The position numbers and the translations under genes are program-made. Positions 21,607-31,061 of a stretch of DNA of 64,000 nt are shown piece by piece. The notes beneath the pieces are model-generated. The model was given only the letters and a program-made list of their open reading frames with translations, did not search any database and was not told the origin of the DNA. The stretch is from Candidatus Eiseniibacteriota bacterium (GTDB taxonomy: Bacteria; Eisenbacteria; RBG-16-71-46; CAIMUX01; VGJL01), in assembly GCA_963792585.1 (NCBI GenBank), contig CAWBWI010000001.1:1824001-1888000 (forward strand), given 5' to 3'. Position 1 is the stretch's first letter. Each line of letters opens with the position of its first letter.

Positions 21607-22620
21607 TTACGAATCCCGCCCTTCGGCCGGAGCAAGGATATGGAGGGCATCCACCAATGAAAGTGCCGGGTCGTTCAGCCGCGCGAACGGATCGTCGGCA
21701 TTCTGCGTCGTCCCCGCGCGCACATTCGCCCCTCCTTCCTCCACCGGGTAGAGGCGATCGCTATCGAATTCGGGGGTGAGCAGATGGAGAAACCCGAGTG
21801 AATCGGCCGGATCGAAGTATGCATCGAGGTTTCCATCGATGCCCTCGCGGGCAAGTGTCCAGAAGCAGTTCGGCGGCTGGCGGGTGGGCCCCAGCAATCT
21901 GCGGAGCAAACCTAGCCAGAAGGAGGCGGCGGCTCGTCCCTCGTGATCCGCCGCGGGAATCGGGAAGCGCAGGCCGGACAGCGGGCCCCCACCCTTGCGA
22001 TCCAATGAGGACGGAATCCAGGCGCGAACGTTCGAGGCCGCCCACGAAACCAATCTCGAGCGGTCTTTCCCTCCGCCGATGAGGCTCTGGACCGTCGTCG
22101 TTCCCAGCAGTTCCGACTGGGGATCGTGGACCGCAAGCGGCGGAATGTGGCCACGAAGTCCCTCGACACTTCGAGCCAACTCTCCAACGTCTTGCCATTC
22201 CCGCTTACCCACCTGCGCGGCCTCGAAGAGGAAGCGATCGAAGAGAAGGGGCCAATCCTCGAACGCGGATCTCGGGATGGCGCTACGCGCCTCGAGGAAG
22301 ACGCTGAAGGGAAATACCCGGCCGCTTCGATCCCTTCCCGGGAGGATCACCCCGATGAGAGGCGCGTGTGGGTCACTCCACCAGAGGATGAAGTACGTTT
22401 CGGGGAGTTGGCGAAGCAGAAGTTCCGAGCGGGGACCATGTCTCTGCCTTGCGAGGCTGACACCATCCTGGAGCCACCGCTCCAATGCGAGCGCATCACG
22501 GTTATGCGAATGGAGCCCTATGAAATCCGCAGCGACGGGGAGTTTGCCGAAGCAACCCGGCTCGAATGCCGCCGCGTTCATGGATCCCCGCATGGCACGC
22601 GACTCATTCCTGCTGGACAA
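21607..22620 (-). CDS. tagF: T6SS-associated TagF family protein
   Basis: FGKLPVAADFI and PGRDRSGRVFPF motifs. Directly follows tssM. Confidence 0.85.
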   Translation of the reverse strand: MSSRNESRAMRGSMNAAAFEPGCFGKLPVAADFIGLHSHNRDALALERWLQDGVSLARQRHGPRSELLLRQLPETYFILWWSDPHAPLIGVILPGRDRSGRVFPFSVFLEARSAIPRSAFEDWPLLFDRFLFEAAQVGKREWQDVGELARSVEGLRGHIPPLAVHDPQSELLGTTTVQSLIGGGKDRSRLVSWAASNVRAWIPSSLDRKGGGPLSGLRFPIPAADHEGRAAASFWLGLLRRLLGPTRQPPNCFWTLAREGIDGNLDAYFDPADSLGFLHLLTPEFDSDRLYPVEEGGANVRAGTTQNADDPFARLNDPALSLVDALHILAPAEGRDS

Positions 22621-25600
22621 TTGACTCTGGACAACTGAATCGCAGCAGCCCCTTCTCGAGTGGATGAACCGCGGGGAGCCCGGTGATTCGGTAGGTGACC
22701 GGGAGCCCTCCCTTGTCCGTTTCTACGTTCCAGGTGACGGTCACGTCTCCGCCGGAACTCGTGATCTTCGCTAGATCGAGAAGACGGAAGAACCCCCATT
22801 CCCCCTCCCCGGCAACCGGGGTCGCCGAGGCGGATGACCGGAGGTTGACGCTCAGACTCGCCCCCGCCGCCGGATTCTCGCCAGGCCAGGAAAGGCGGGA
22901 GGGCAGGGGTGGGCCTGATTTCTGTGTGATCGATTCGCCGCCGACGCTCAGGCTGGTCGCGAACCAAGAGACTCCCGGTGGCCGTGGGGTCGGTGTCGTC
23001 GTCGTCAAGGTGAGGGAGAAGCCCGCCCCGCTTCCGGACGGGAAGAACGCCTTGCGGATCCGGTATGCAGCCTTCAGGCTGGCCCGCAGGCCCGGGTTGA
23101 ACGTAACCTCGCTGCCAGGCATTTCGGTGCCGTCCTCTGCGAGTGACCCGCTGAGCGTCTTGGCATAGAATTTCCAGAACGTGCCATCGGGCCCGAAGAA
23201 TGCCTCGAAATCACTCAAAGCCACCGCGTCGGTGGCCTTTGCATTGAATGGGTACTTACTCGCGAGGTTCTGGTGGTACTCGCGGTAGACGGAACTCCAC
23301 TCCGACTGGACTCCCTTCGTGGCCACGTCGACCTTCTTGTGGATGAACTTCTTCGTGATCGCCTGACTGGGCAGCGTCAACAGCCTTTCCATTTCGGAAC
23401 CGACCGGATCCGTGGACAAATGGGTCGCGACCCAGCTCTCGAGGTCTCCAACTTCCTGCGCCTCGCTCGGGTCGTCCTCCTTCGCGATGTCGGCGTAGGC
23501 TTCCTTCAAGGCACCCATGCGTTGCAGGTACTCGTCAACGGCGGGCTTCTGTGGATCGATCTTCCCCTTGAGCCGCTGGTATAGGTTTCCTTTGCCGGGA
23601 GGATGAAAGAACTCGTGAACGACCTGGAACTCATCAAGGATCGGAGAAAGCTCGGATTCGGTCTTCTCGGCAAACCGCGTGCTCTCATCGACCCCCCGGA
23701 GGAGCTTCAGGATGGGTGAGTTCTCCGAGGCGGCACGCTCGACGAAATCTCGAATCTCCTTGTCACTCATGTCCGAGTCGACGCTCGTCACGCTCAGGAA
23801 CTGCAACCACCGCTCGCTGAACTCGCCTACGTACCGCGTGAGAAGACGATCACGCAGCGGCGGAGGATCCCCGTCCCACGCGTCCTTGAGCGCCCAGTCG
23901 CCAGCGGCCCCGGACGCCCAATCGAGGTACTCTCGCACCGAACTCTTCCATCCCTGTTCCGTGTAGGCGCCGGAGACCGTCGCTTCGTTCGATAGGCCGA
24001 AGCCCTCCCCCACGAACGTAGAGAGGGTGATTGCCGGGACGCTCGACGCCGCGGTGACAAGTCCGGGATAGAGCCCCTCCTCCGACCAGTTCATCCGCAA
24101 CTTGCCCTTGGCGATCTCATCTGTCCCGCGATCGACACGCTGCGGGGGAAAAAGCTCCGAAAGGACGTCGGGAAACCTGCTCGCGTACTCGAGCTGGCTT
24201 TGAAGGAGCGCCCTGTACTCGGCGGGATCTCCCGTGCCCCCGACGGATGTCCAGTAATCGGTCAGGGCGGCAGCCGCCAGCTGCGCATCTTCGAGATTCC
24301 GAAGCCGCGCGGCGGGATCCAGCAGCATTCGCCAGGTTCGGTACCAGAAGTAGAACCTGCGGTAGTCGACCGCTTGTCCGATGCTCTCATTTCGCAGCTT
24401 CTGTGCAAGGTACGGAAGGGCAGGGAGCATCTCCCCATCGTGGAGCGTGGTGAAATGAGCGCGCCGCGCTTCTGCCGCGGCGGCCTCCCCCTGATAGGTG
24501 CCCAGGAATACGGCTTTCATCGCCGGCCGGTGCCGCCCATCCATCGTTTCGAGCCTGTCCCGGAGCCGATCGAGGAGGCGGAGATCCTCAACCTGCAGGA
24601 CATCTCCTCCTGCATGTAGCGAGGCGATTGCGCGGTTACAGAGCGAACGCGTCTCGATGACGAGAGATCGATTGATCGCGTAGAGAGTCCCGAGGAGAAC
24701 AAGTAGGAGAGCGAGCACGACGCTGCCCGCGATGAAGGACCGGACCCGCAGCGCGCGGCGACGCCTCTCTCCCTCCGCCGAGGGGCCGGCAATATTGCGG
24801 TCGGGGAATGCGACCTTCGAAAAGACGTCCTCGATGAAGTAGCTCTTTGTTTGCGACGGCTCTACGATCATCCCCCCCGCCGCCCCCTCGATCCCGAATC
24901 CCCTCAGCATCGCATTCAGGACCTGATCGATCGGCCGCCCTTCCTGCGTCCCGCTCGTGAAATAGAAACCGCGGAAGATCGGGACCTCATGGTAGGGATT
25001 CGGCCGGAATAGGATCTCCAGAAACCTCGACAGGCGAGCCCGCATCGCCTGGAACTGAAGGGGGAAGAACAGGACCTCCGGCCGGCAGTCTGCGTCCGTC
25101 ACCTGCGCCAATCGGGAGACCTTCGCCTGGCTCACGGCTTCGGTCAGGCGATCCATCTCCTCTTCGAAGATCAAGTCGGGCGCCTGCCTGGTCGTTCGAT
25201 CTCTGGCGATGGTCGCGCCCCATGCTTGAGCCCTTTCCGTCTTCGAAAGGGATCCGAAGAACTCCACAAAGCCTCGTATCAAGTCGCACTTCGTGAAGAG
25301 GACGTATACAGGGAAGGTGATTCCCAACTGCTTGATCAACTCGTCGACCCGGCTACGGATCTTCAGCGCGTGGTTCTCGAGTTCCTCATCGGTGCCGCCG
25401 ATCAGATCTTGAACGGAAACGCCGACCATCAAGCCATTGATAGGCTTCCGGCCCCGGTTCTTCCGGAGCAGGTCCAGGAATGCGAGCCACTCCTGCGTGT
25501 CGTCCGCCTCGACCGGCATCACATACCGCCCCGCGGTATCCAAGATCACCGCTTCGTCTGCGAACCACCAATCGCAGTTCCGCGTTCCCCCAACTCCTTT

Positions 25601-26077
25601 GACGGATGAACGGCTTCGGTTCGGATCGAGATATGGATAATTGAGGCCCGAGTTTTGGAGAAGGGTGGTCTTTCCCGCCGCCGGAGGTCCGATGATCATG
25701 TACCAGGGAAGAACGTAGAGAGAGCTCGCCCCTTTCTTACCCTTCCCGACGCGGGAGGCCTTCAAGGCAGCGATCGCCTCGAGGAGCTGGTCCCGAATCT
25801 GCTCGATGTCCTTCTCTCTGCCGGGCCGGCTGCTGGAGATCTGTTTTTGAGCCTGAGCCTCGATCGACTTCTCCAGCGCCTCGCCCTTGCGGGCAGCGGT
25901 AAGCCGGATGATCCAGAGCACCAGGAGCCAAATGATCAGAATCGCGAGGACTATCGCGATCATCATGATCCGCGGCCAGTGGAGTCGGTAGCCTACCCAC
26001 AGGGTGAGAAACGCCAGTCCCCCCGCGCTCATAGTCACGAGCGGGACCGGGCTCAGCAGCTTCAACAATCCCTTCAT
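22604..26077 (-). CDS. tssM: T6SS membrane complex TssM/IcmF
   Basis: N-terminal TM helices, LPWYMIIGPPAAGKTT, CDWWF, DTAGRY and RGFYFTSGTQEG. Confidence 0.95.
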   Translation of the reverse strand: MKGLLKLLSPVPLVTMSAGGLAFLTLWVGYRLHWPRIMMIAIVLAILIIWLLVLWIIRLTAARKGEALEKSIEAQAQKQISSSRPGREKDIEQIRDQLLEAIAALKASRVGKGKKGASSLYVLPWYMIIGPPAAGKTTLLQNSGLNYPYLDPNRSRSSVKGVGGTRNCDWWFADEAVILDTAGRYVMPVEADDTQEWLAFLDLLRKNRGRKPINGLMVGVSVQDLIGGTDEELENHALKIRSRVDELIKQLGITFPVYVLFTKCDLIRGFVEFFGSLSKTERAQAWGATIARDRTTRQAPDLIFEEEMDRLTEAVSQAKVSRLAQVTDADCRPEVLFFPLQFQAMRARLSRFLEILFRPNPYHEVPIFRGFYFTSGTQEGRPIDQVLNAMLRGFGIEGAAGGMIVEPSQTKSYFIEDVFSKVAFPDRNIAGPSAEGERRRRALRVRSFIAGSVVLALLLVLLGTLYAINRSLVIETRSLCNRAIASLHAGGDVLQVEDLRLLDRLRDRLETMDGRHRPAMKAVFLGTYQGEAAAAEARRAHFTTLHDGEMLPALPYLAQKLRNESIGQAVDYRRFYFWYRTWRMLLDPAARLRNLEDAQLAAAALTDYWTSVGGTGDPAEYRALLQSQLEYASRFPDVLSELFPPQRVDRGTDEIAKGKLRMNWSEEGLYPGLVTAASSVPAITLSTFVGEGFGLSNEATVSGAYTEQGWKSSVREYLDWASGAAGDWALKDAWDGDPPPLRDRLLTRYVGEFSERWLQFLSVTSVDSDMSDKEIRDFVERAASENSPILKLLRGVDESTRFAEKTESELSPILDEFQVVHEFFHPPGKGNLYQRLKGKIDPQKPAVDEYLQRMGALKEAYADIAKEDDPSEAQEVGDLESWVATHLSTDPVGSEMERLLTLPSQAITKKFIHKKVDVATKGVQSEWSSVYREYHQNLASKYPFNAKATDAVALSDFEAFFGPDGTFWKFYAKTLSGSLAEDGTEMPGSEVTFNPGLRASLKAAYRIRKAFFPSGSGAGFSLTLTTTTPTPRPPGVSWFATSLSVGGESITQKSGPPLPSRLSWPGENPAAGASLSVNLRSSASATPVAGEGEWGFFRLLDLAKITSSGGDVTVTWNVETDKGGLPVTYRITGLPAVHPLEKGLLRFSCPESIVQQE

Positions 26078-26089
26078 GGAGAGCTCGGC

Positions 26090-26884
26090 CTACCGGGCCG
26101 CGGTTCGAGCGAGACCCTCTTGAATGGTCCGCGCGGCTTCACGGGAATCCAGGCCGGCGATGGCCCCGAAGATGAGCAACATGATCAGGACGACGCCAAC
26201 CACACCCATCGCGGTCACCCAAACCGGCACGCCTTCGCCAACGGCTTCCGGGAAGTCGTCCGGACGCCGCCAGTCTGGAGACAGATTCTCCATTTTCCAC
26301 TCCGAACCGTGCATGAGATCGGAGGCCAACGCCTTGATCAATGCCTCGAGCTTGTCGCGGCCGAGGAGTTTGAACCGCCCCTCGAATCCCATGATGAGGC
26401 ACGCGTAGAAGACCTCGAGAACGGGTCGACTCTCCTCGCGGTTCTGTCGGAGCAGATCCAGATCGGTGTAGAACTTCTCGCCGGCTACGTTCAGTTTGAA
26501 CAGCTCCTTCTGCAGGGGATTGGCGATCCAGCTCGTCCTCCCCTGCCATCGGGAACTCAGGATCCCCTCGTCGATCAGAGCGACCAGGGCGAAACGTGCC
26601 CCATCGACGTGCGTACTCGAGTATCCCGCCTTCCGGGCATCACCCTCGATCCGTTCCAGAAGCTGGAGGATCTTCCGGCGCAGTTCGGTCGGATCACCCA
26701 GCTCGTCCGTTGTGCGGAGGCTGTAGGCCAGGGAGAGGAGATCGGTACACAGTTCAACGAGACTCGCGGACCGACCGGGCCTGCCGAGGGCGGATCCACC
26801 AGGCGCCGGGGAAGCGCCGCCTGCGGGCATGGATCGCTCACGGTCCTTGCTCTTGCCAAGCTTGATCCCGAGGAACGCACTCAT
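26090..26884 (-). CDS. tssL: T6SS TssL/DotU
   Basis: ALVALIDE, AGEKFY and GFEGRF motifs plus a C-terminal TM helix. No OmpA domain. Confidence 0.9.
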   Translation of the reverse strand: MSAFLGIKLGKSKDRERSMPAGGASPAPGGSALGRPGRSASLVELCTDLLSLAYSLRTTDELGDPTELRRKILQLLERIEGDARKAGYSSTHVDGARFALVALIDEGILSSRWQGRTSWIANPLQKELFKLNVAGEKFYTDLDLLRQNREESRPVLEVFYACLIMGFEGRFKLLGRDKLEALIKALASDLMHGSEWKMENLSPDWRRPDDFPEAVGEGVPVWVTAMGVVGVVLIMLLIFGAIAGLDSREAARTIQEGLARTAAR

Positions 26885-28233
26885 TCTCGCACCGCAACCA
26901 GCTCGAGGAGGATTCCCGGATACTCCGGAGGTGCATAGATGGCGACGTTTCTGGACCCCGCGATTCCGTCCCAGATCTCACCGACCTTCTCCACCTGGAA
27001 GTAGACATACCCCGCCTGTATGGGGACCGCGGGCGGAAGAGTCTGCGCGAGGCGAAGTCCGATCCCCTTCAGGGCATGAGCAACGAGGAAGTCCAGCTTG
27101 TCGGGTGAGGCCATCTTCGCGATCTCGGGAAATGCCGCCTGCAGATCGGACGCCGGCACGTTCGCATAGACGCCGAGGTACCAGATCATCGCGGGATCCA
27201 GGAGGCGATCGTCCTGGATCTTCCCGATGTGGACGACCTCGTCGCGCCGCGTCAGGGTGATCCTCGTGTAATGGCGAGGGAGCACCGTCTCCAGAAGGCG
27301 CGGGATCCTCGTAGCAAGGTCGGCGAACGCGGCTTCGATCCGGTCATGCTCGTACGGAGGAATGTCGCGGACCTGAAGTTCGCTCAGCGTCGTCAACTCC
27401 CCCGCCAGGCGCGCGAGGGTCAGGTAGGCCTCCTCGGGGTGGGCATTCGCGGCCCGAAGGTGGTGGGAAAGGAGGGGGATGTTGCCATTCACGACCCCCA
27501 GAAGCCAGAAACCCGCGGTGTCGTCCCGACCGAATTCCGCGACACCCTTGCCGCTCATCCGCCGGCGATCCGCCAGCTCGGTCGACTTGGCGACCAGAAT
27601 CTCCAGAAGACGCCGGAGGACGCGGAGGATCGCCGAGGAGGCGGCGATTCCGATACATGGCGGGATGTAGTCGGCTCGGTATGCATACCCGCCCTCGGGC
27701 TTCCGGACGATCTCCGCGACGGGGATCGCCTCATAGTCCCCCAGACTCTCGTCCTTGAAGAGGATTCGCAGGTTGTGCCGCGCGACCCTGACTTCCCTCT
27801 CTCCCTCTCCCGTGATCTCGTTCGCGACCTTGATCGAGGTCTCGCGATATCGCGCCTCCGTGGTGCCGTCCGCCGACGGAGGCGCCAGCTGCGCCTGCCC
27901 GGGTCGGTGGATCCTGAGCCCCAGGTAGACGGGGATCGCGCTCTCGTTCAGGGGAAAGTGACCGTCGACCGATCGACCGACCGGCACCTCATCACGATCG
28001 GGGATCGAGAACGGACATCCGGCGGACAGAACGCCGGCTGCGTTGTGGATCAGAACCTGGCCGTTGTGGATGGCGTCCTCGTCCAGTTCCAACCGGAGGA
28101 GCCCGTAACTGAACGGTCTTGCTGCACGAAACAGATCGACACCTCGGTCCTCGTGGTATCGATCACTTTGCTGCAGATGCTCGGGGCTCAAGAGAAGCCC
28201 CTCGCTCCAGACGACACGCGTTCGTTTGCTCAT
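26881..28233 (-). CDS. tssK: T6SS baseplate TssK
   Basis: VVWSEGLLLSPEHLQQ, YIPPC and HPEEAYL motifs. Confidence 0.93.
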   Translation of the reverse strand: MSKRTRVVWSEGLLLSPEHLQQSDRYHEDRGVDLFRAARPFSYGLLRLELDEDAIHNGQVLIHNAAGVLSAGCPFSIPDRDEVPVGRSVDGHFPLNESAIPVYLGLRIHRPGQAQLAPPSADGTTEARYRETSIKVANEITGEGEREVRVARHNLRILFKDESLGDYEAIPVAEIVRKPEGGYAYRADYIPPCIGIAASSAILRVLRRLLEILVAKSTELADRRRMSGKGVAEFGRDDTAGFWLLGVVNGNIPLLSHHLRAANAHPEEAYLTLARLAGELTTLSELQVRDIPPYEHDRIEAAFADLATRIPRLLETVLPRHYTRITLTRRDEVVHIGKIQDDRLLDPAMIWYLGVYANVPASDLQAAFPEIAKMASPDKLDFLVAHALKGIGLRLAQTLPPAVPIQAGYVYFQVEKVGEIWDGIAGSRNVAIYAPPEYPGILLELVAVRE

Positions 28234-28248
28234 TCGCCTTTCCCCGAG

Positions 28249-28773
28249 TTAGCGTCCCTCCGCACGGGCCTCTTGAATGCAAGACTCATCGAAGGTCAGC
28301 TTCACCGTGTCCGTCAACTCCTCGGTGCGACGAATCCACCGCCAGCAGGTTCCTTCCGGCTTGCAATAGCTCGCGGTGACGGCCAGGAATCTCGCGTTCG
28401 ACATTCTCTCGACCGGCACCGTGACCACGGCGTCCGGGTCGAGAACGACTTCCTGCAGCTCAATCAGCTCGTCCCCGAGCTCATCCTTCTCATGGTCCCA
28501 GACTTGCGTGAGCCCAAGACCCGTCAGGGCACCGTCGCTCGTAAGCTGGAGGATTCGGACGCTCAAGGCATTGCCCGCCTCCTCGCCGCACGAGTTGAGG
28601 CGAGCAATTCCGGTGAAGACCAGGCGCATCTTCTTCCCACCGCTGTCCGCGGGTGGGTTGCCTCCTCCACGTCCGAATAGACCGCACCCGGACGACAGCG
28701 TGAGTACAGCAAACGCAATGAGCCCCCAGCGAATCCGGCTCCATGCGGCCATTCGGTCTACAAGTCGAGACAT
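28249..28773 (-). CDS. tssJ: T6SS lipoprotein TssJ
   Basis: Lipobox-like LSSGC, LN...ALSVRILQL, FLAVTASY...WR. Upstream of tssK; start codon uncertain. Confidence 0.8.
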   Translation of the reverse strand: MSRLVDRMAAWSRIRWGLIAFAVLTLSSGCGLFGRGGGNPPADSGGKKMRLVFTGIARLNSCGEEAGNALSVRILQLTSDGALTGLGLTQVWDHEKDELGDELIELQEVVLDPDAVVTVPVERMSNARFLAVTASYCKPEGTCWRWIRRTEELTDTVKLTFDESCIQEARAEGR

Positions 28774-28846
28774 TTCCAGCCCTCTCCAGCTTGATCGGCG
28801 ATACCGATCCGACGGCACGAGCGACGCCGACTTCTTGTACAATTAT

Positions 28847-29437
28847 TCACGGGCCGGAGGGAGGCGCGATACCCGTGTCGGGCAGTTGTTCTTGCCAGAA
28901 GCGCCGATACCCGCGACGAAACCCGTCCACAAAGAAGCGCTCGAAGTCCCCAGGTTCGAGGGTCCGGTATTCCTGGAATTTCCTCAGCATCTCCTCCCAG
29001 ATTGCCTGCACCAGGAGGGGTTTCCAACCGGAACTCAATCGCAGCGGGCCCACCTGCACACTTCCACCCTCGAAAGCCTCGCGAAGCCGTTCCGGATCCA
29101 CGCTTTGCAGCAACTCGCGCGCGCCATCCTGGGTTGCCTGCTGGTATCCCTCGAGCAGCGCGGCGTGGTGGATTTTGAGTTCGTGGATCCCCATCTCCAA
29201 CTCGCGGAGGGCTTCACTCCACTCGTGGGGGTTGAACAGCCGCTCTGCGAGCATCTCGGGCCGAAGGACGGTGCCGGGCGTTTCAGAAGTGGAGAGCCCG
29301 TAGACGCGTCGGAACTCCTCCATTCCTCGACGCATCTCCAGGTAGAATCCCAGGAGAACAAGATTCAATTCACCTAACCGGGAGGGAGCGCTTCTGGCAC
29401 CCGGCCCGGCACCCGGAATCGCGCCCTCTGCTTCCAT
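28847..29437 (-). CDS. Stand-alone TagH/Fha C-terminal-like domain protein (no FHA domain)
   Basis: ELKIHHAALLEG...LLQSVDPERL...W...FFVDGFRRGY resembles the TagH C-terminus. AGGAG precedes MEAEG. Confidence 0.6.
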   Translation of the reverse strand: MEAEGAIPGAGPGARSAPSRLGELNLVLLGFYLEMRRGMEEFRRVYGLSTSETPGTVLRPEMLAERLFNPHEWSEALRELEMGIHELKIHHAALLEGYQQATQDGARELLQSVDPERLREAFEGGSVQVGPLRLSSGWKPLLVQAIWEEMLRKFQEYRTLEPGDFERFFVDGFRRGYRRFWQEQLPDTGIAPPSGP

Positions 29438-29522
29438 ATCTCCTAATGCCTCTCTGTGCGGAGATGAGGTGAACGATATTCGCACGAAACATGAATTGAC
29501 CGTACGCTTTGAAGAACTATAG

Positions 29523-29551
29523 AACTTAATGCGTCTGAATCGATTGGTCAA
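29523..29551 (-). promoter_or_regulatory. Candidate sigma70-type promoter for the T6SS operon
   Basis: Minus strand reads TTGACC-17 bp-TAAGTT in an AT-rich patch upstream of the first T6SS gene. Confidence 0.4.
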
Positions 29552-29839
29552 GAACTAGCGGGATTCTCCGGGGACGACCCGGCTCCCAAACAAGGCGGCC
29601 AACGCGAGATTCTGGATCTAGGTGAATCGGGCAACCCTAACAGGTGCTTCACTCTCCTCCCCTCGGAGAGCAACGGGGCCACCATCCGGACCCCAGTCTG
29701 TGGGCTGGGTGCCATTCATTCTCTCCCTCCTCCTCCTGATTGGCTGCTTGTTTCTGTCACGTGCGTGGCCCGATGCCCCCATCCATGAAATGGAACGGCT
29801 CTTGAGCCCGGATGTCGGGCGGTCGGAGGGAGTGGAGCG

Positions 29840-30892
29840 GTGAGCGCGCAGGGAGCCTCGGGCAAAAGGCAGCGTCCGCGCCGGCCTGGGGATCGCGTAC
29901 CGGTTTCCGCAGGCGGGGTTTTGTGGCGTCTGGTCGGGATGATGTTGTGGCGCATGGCCCGGCCGGAGACCTTGCCCGTTCCCCCACTTGACGGCCCCCA
30001 AGTGACCATGGGTCCTCCCATGACGGCCCCGCGCCTGGCGCTGGCGCGGCTTCTCCGCATCGTCTCGGTCATCGGGCTCTTCGCCTCCGTTTGCGTCATT
30101 GGGATCAGCGCGATCGCCGTCGATCGCCTCATCTCGATCCGAGCAAACCTCATGACCAATCCGGAGGGCGAAACACTGCTCCAACAGGCCGATCGGCTGG
30201 AAAGGAGCGTTGATGGCGCTTGGTGGTTTCGGTTCTACCCCGACTATCCGCGCCGGCTTGCCCAGATCAGCATGGAATTGCGCAATGGTAGGCTGGCTCT
30301 CATCGATGCGGCCGTGAAGTATGGCGCATGCCGCGAGGCGCTCTCGTCGCTCGGACTTCCAGCCAGGCTCGTGCGCGGAGCCGAGATCACGACGCCCTTG
30401 GCGGAAGCGATCGCCAAGGTACCGACTCAGTTTCATCGAGAAACCGTAACTTATCTTCAGATTGAATCCGAGATTCGCCCCTACAGGCGACCGGAGCAAA
30501 ATCGGACCGTTCTCACGGGGGTCTTGTCTTCCTGCCCGACGGGCCACGGTCTCCTCATCGCAGGGCTCGATCGGGACGGGAGCATCAAGTGGAGGACTCC
30601 CGATCCGGTGCAGAGTGGAAAAGGGTTCAACATCCATCTGGCAGCAGTCGCCACCGTGCGTCTGACCGATCTCTTCAGACCTGCCGGGGCCGGTCCGTGG
30701 AAGGTCGTCGAGACCGTGGACGTTCCTTTCGAGACCTGGGACGATGGCCCAGTCCCCTTCGCGAGCGCGGAGACTCCGTTCCAGGTAACGTTTGCCCGCG
30801 AGGAGGATGCGCAAGCTCCGAAACTCGCCAAGCTGTCGGCGTATGCACGAGCTGTCATCGCCCCCCTGCCATCGGCTCTTCGCGGCGGTTGA
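29840..30892 (+). CDS. Hypothetical membrane-anchored protein
   Basis: 350-aa ORF with a hydrophobic segment (IVSVIGLFASVCVIGISAIAV). Start may be later (about 30021). Confidence 0.5.
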   Translation: MSAQGASGKRQRPRRPGDRVPVSAGGVLWRLVGMMLWRMARPETLPVPPLDGPQVTMGPPMTAPRLALARLLRIVSVIGLFASVCVIGISAIAVDRLISIRANLMTNPEGETLLQQADRLERSVDGAWWFRFYPDYPRRLAQISMELRNGRLALIDAAVKYGACREALSSLGLPARLVRGAEITTPLAEAIAKVPTQFHRETVTYLQIESEIRPYRRPEQNRTVLTGVLSSCPTGHGLLIAGLDRDGSIKWRTPDPVQSGKGFNIHLAAVATVRLTDLFRPAGAGPWKVVETVDVPFETWDDGPVPFASAETPFQVTFAREEDAQAPKLAKLSAYARAVIAPLPSALRGG

Positions 30893-31061
30893 CAGTGGAC
30901 ATGAGAGATCTCCAAATGGCCTCCGTGGATTCCGGTGGTATATTGTGGATCCACTCACCGAACATGCGAAGTCTCAGCCCCGATTCGTTTCGGCCGGGAA
31001 ACTCGGGGCCCGGGGCCGGACCCCGCCGCTTCCGCCGGATGTGCAGAACGAGGAGGGTAGG

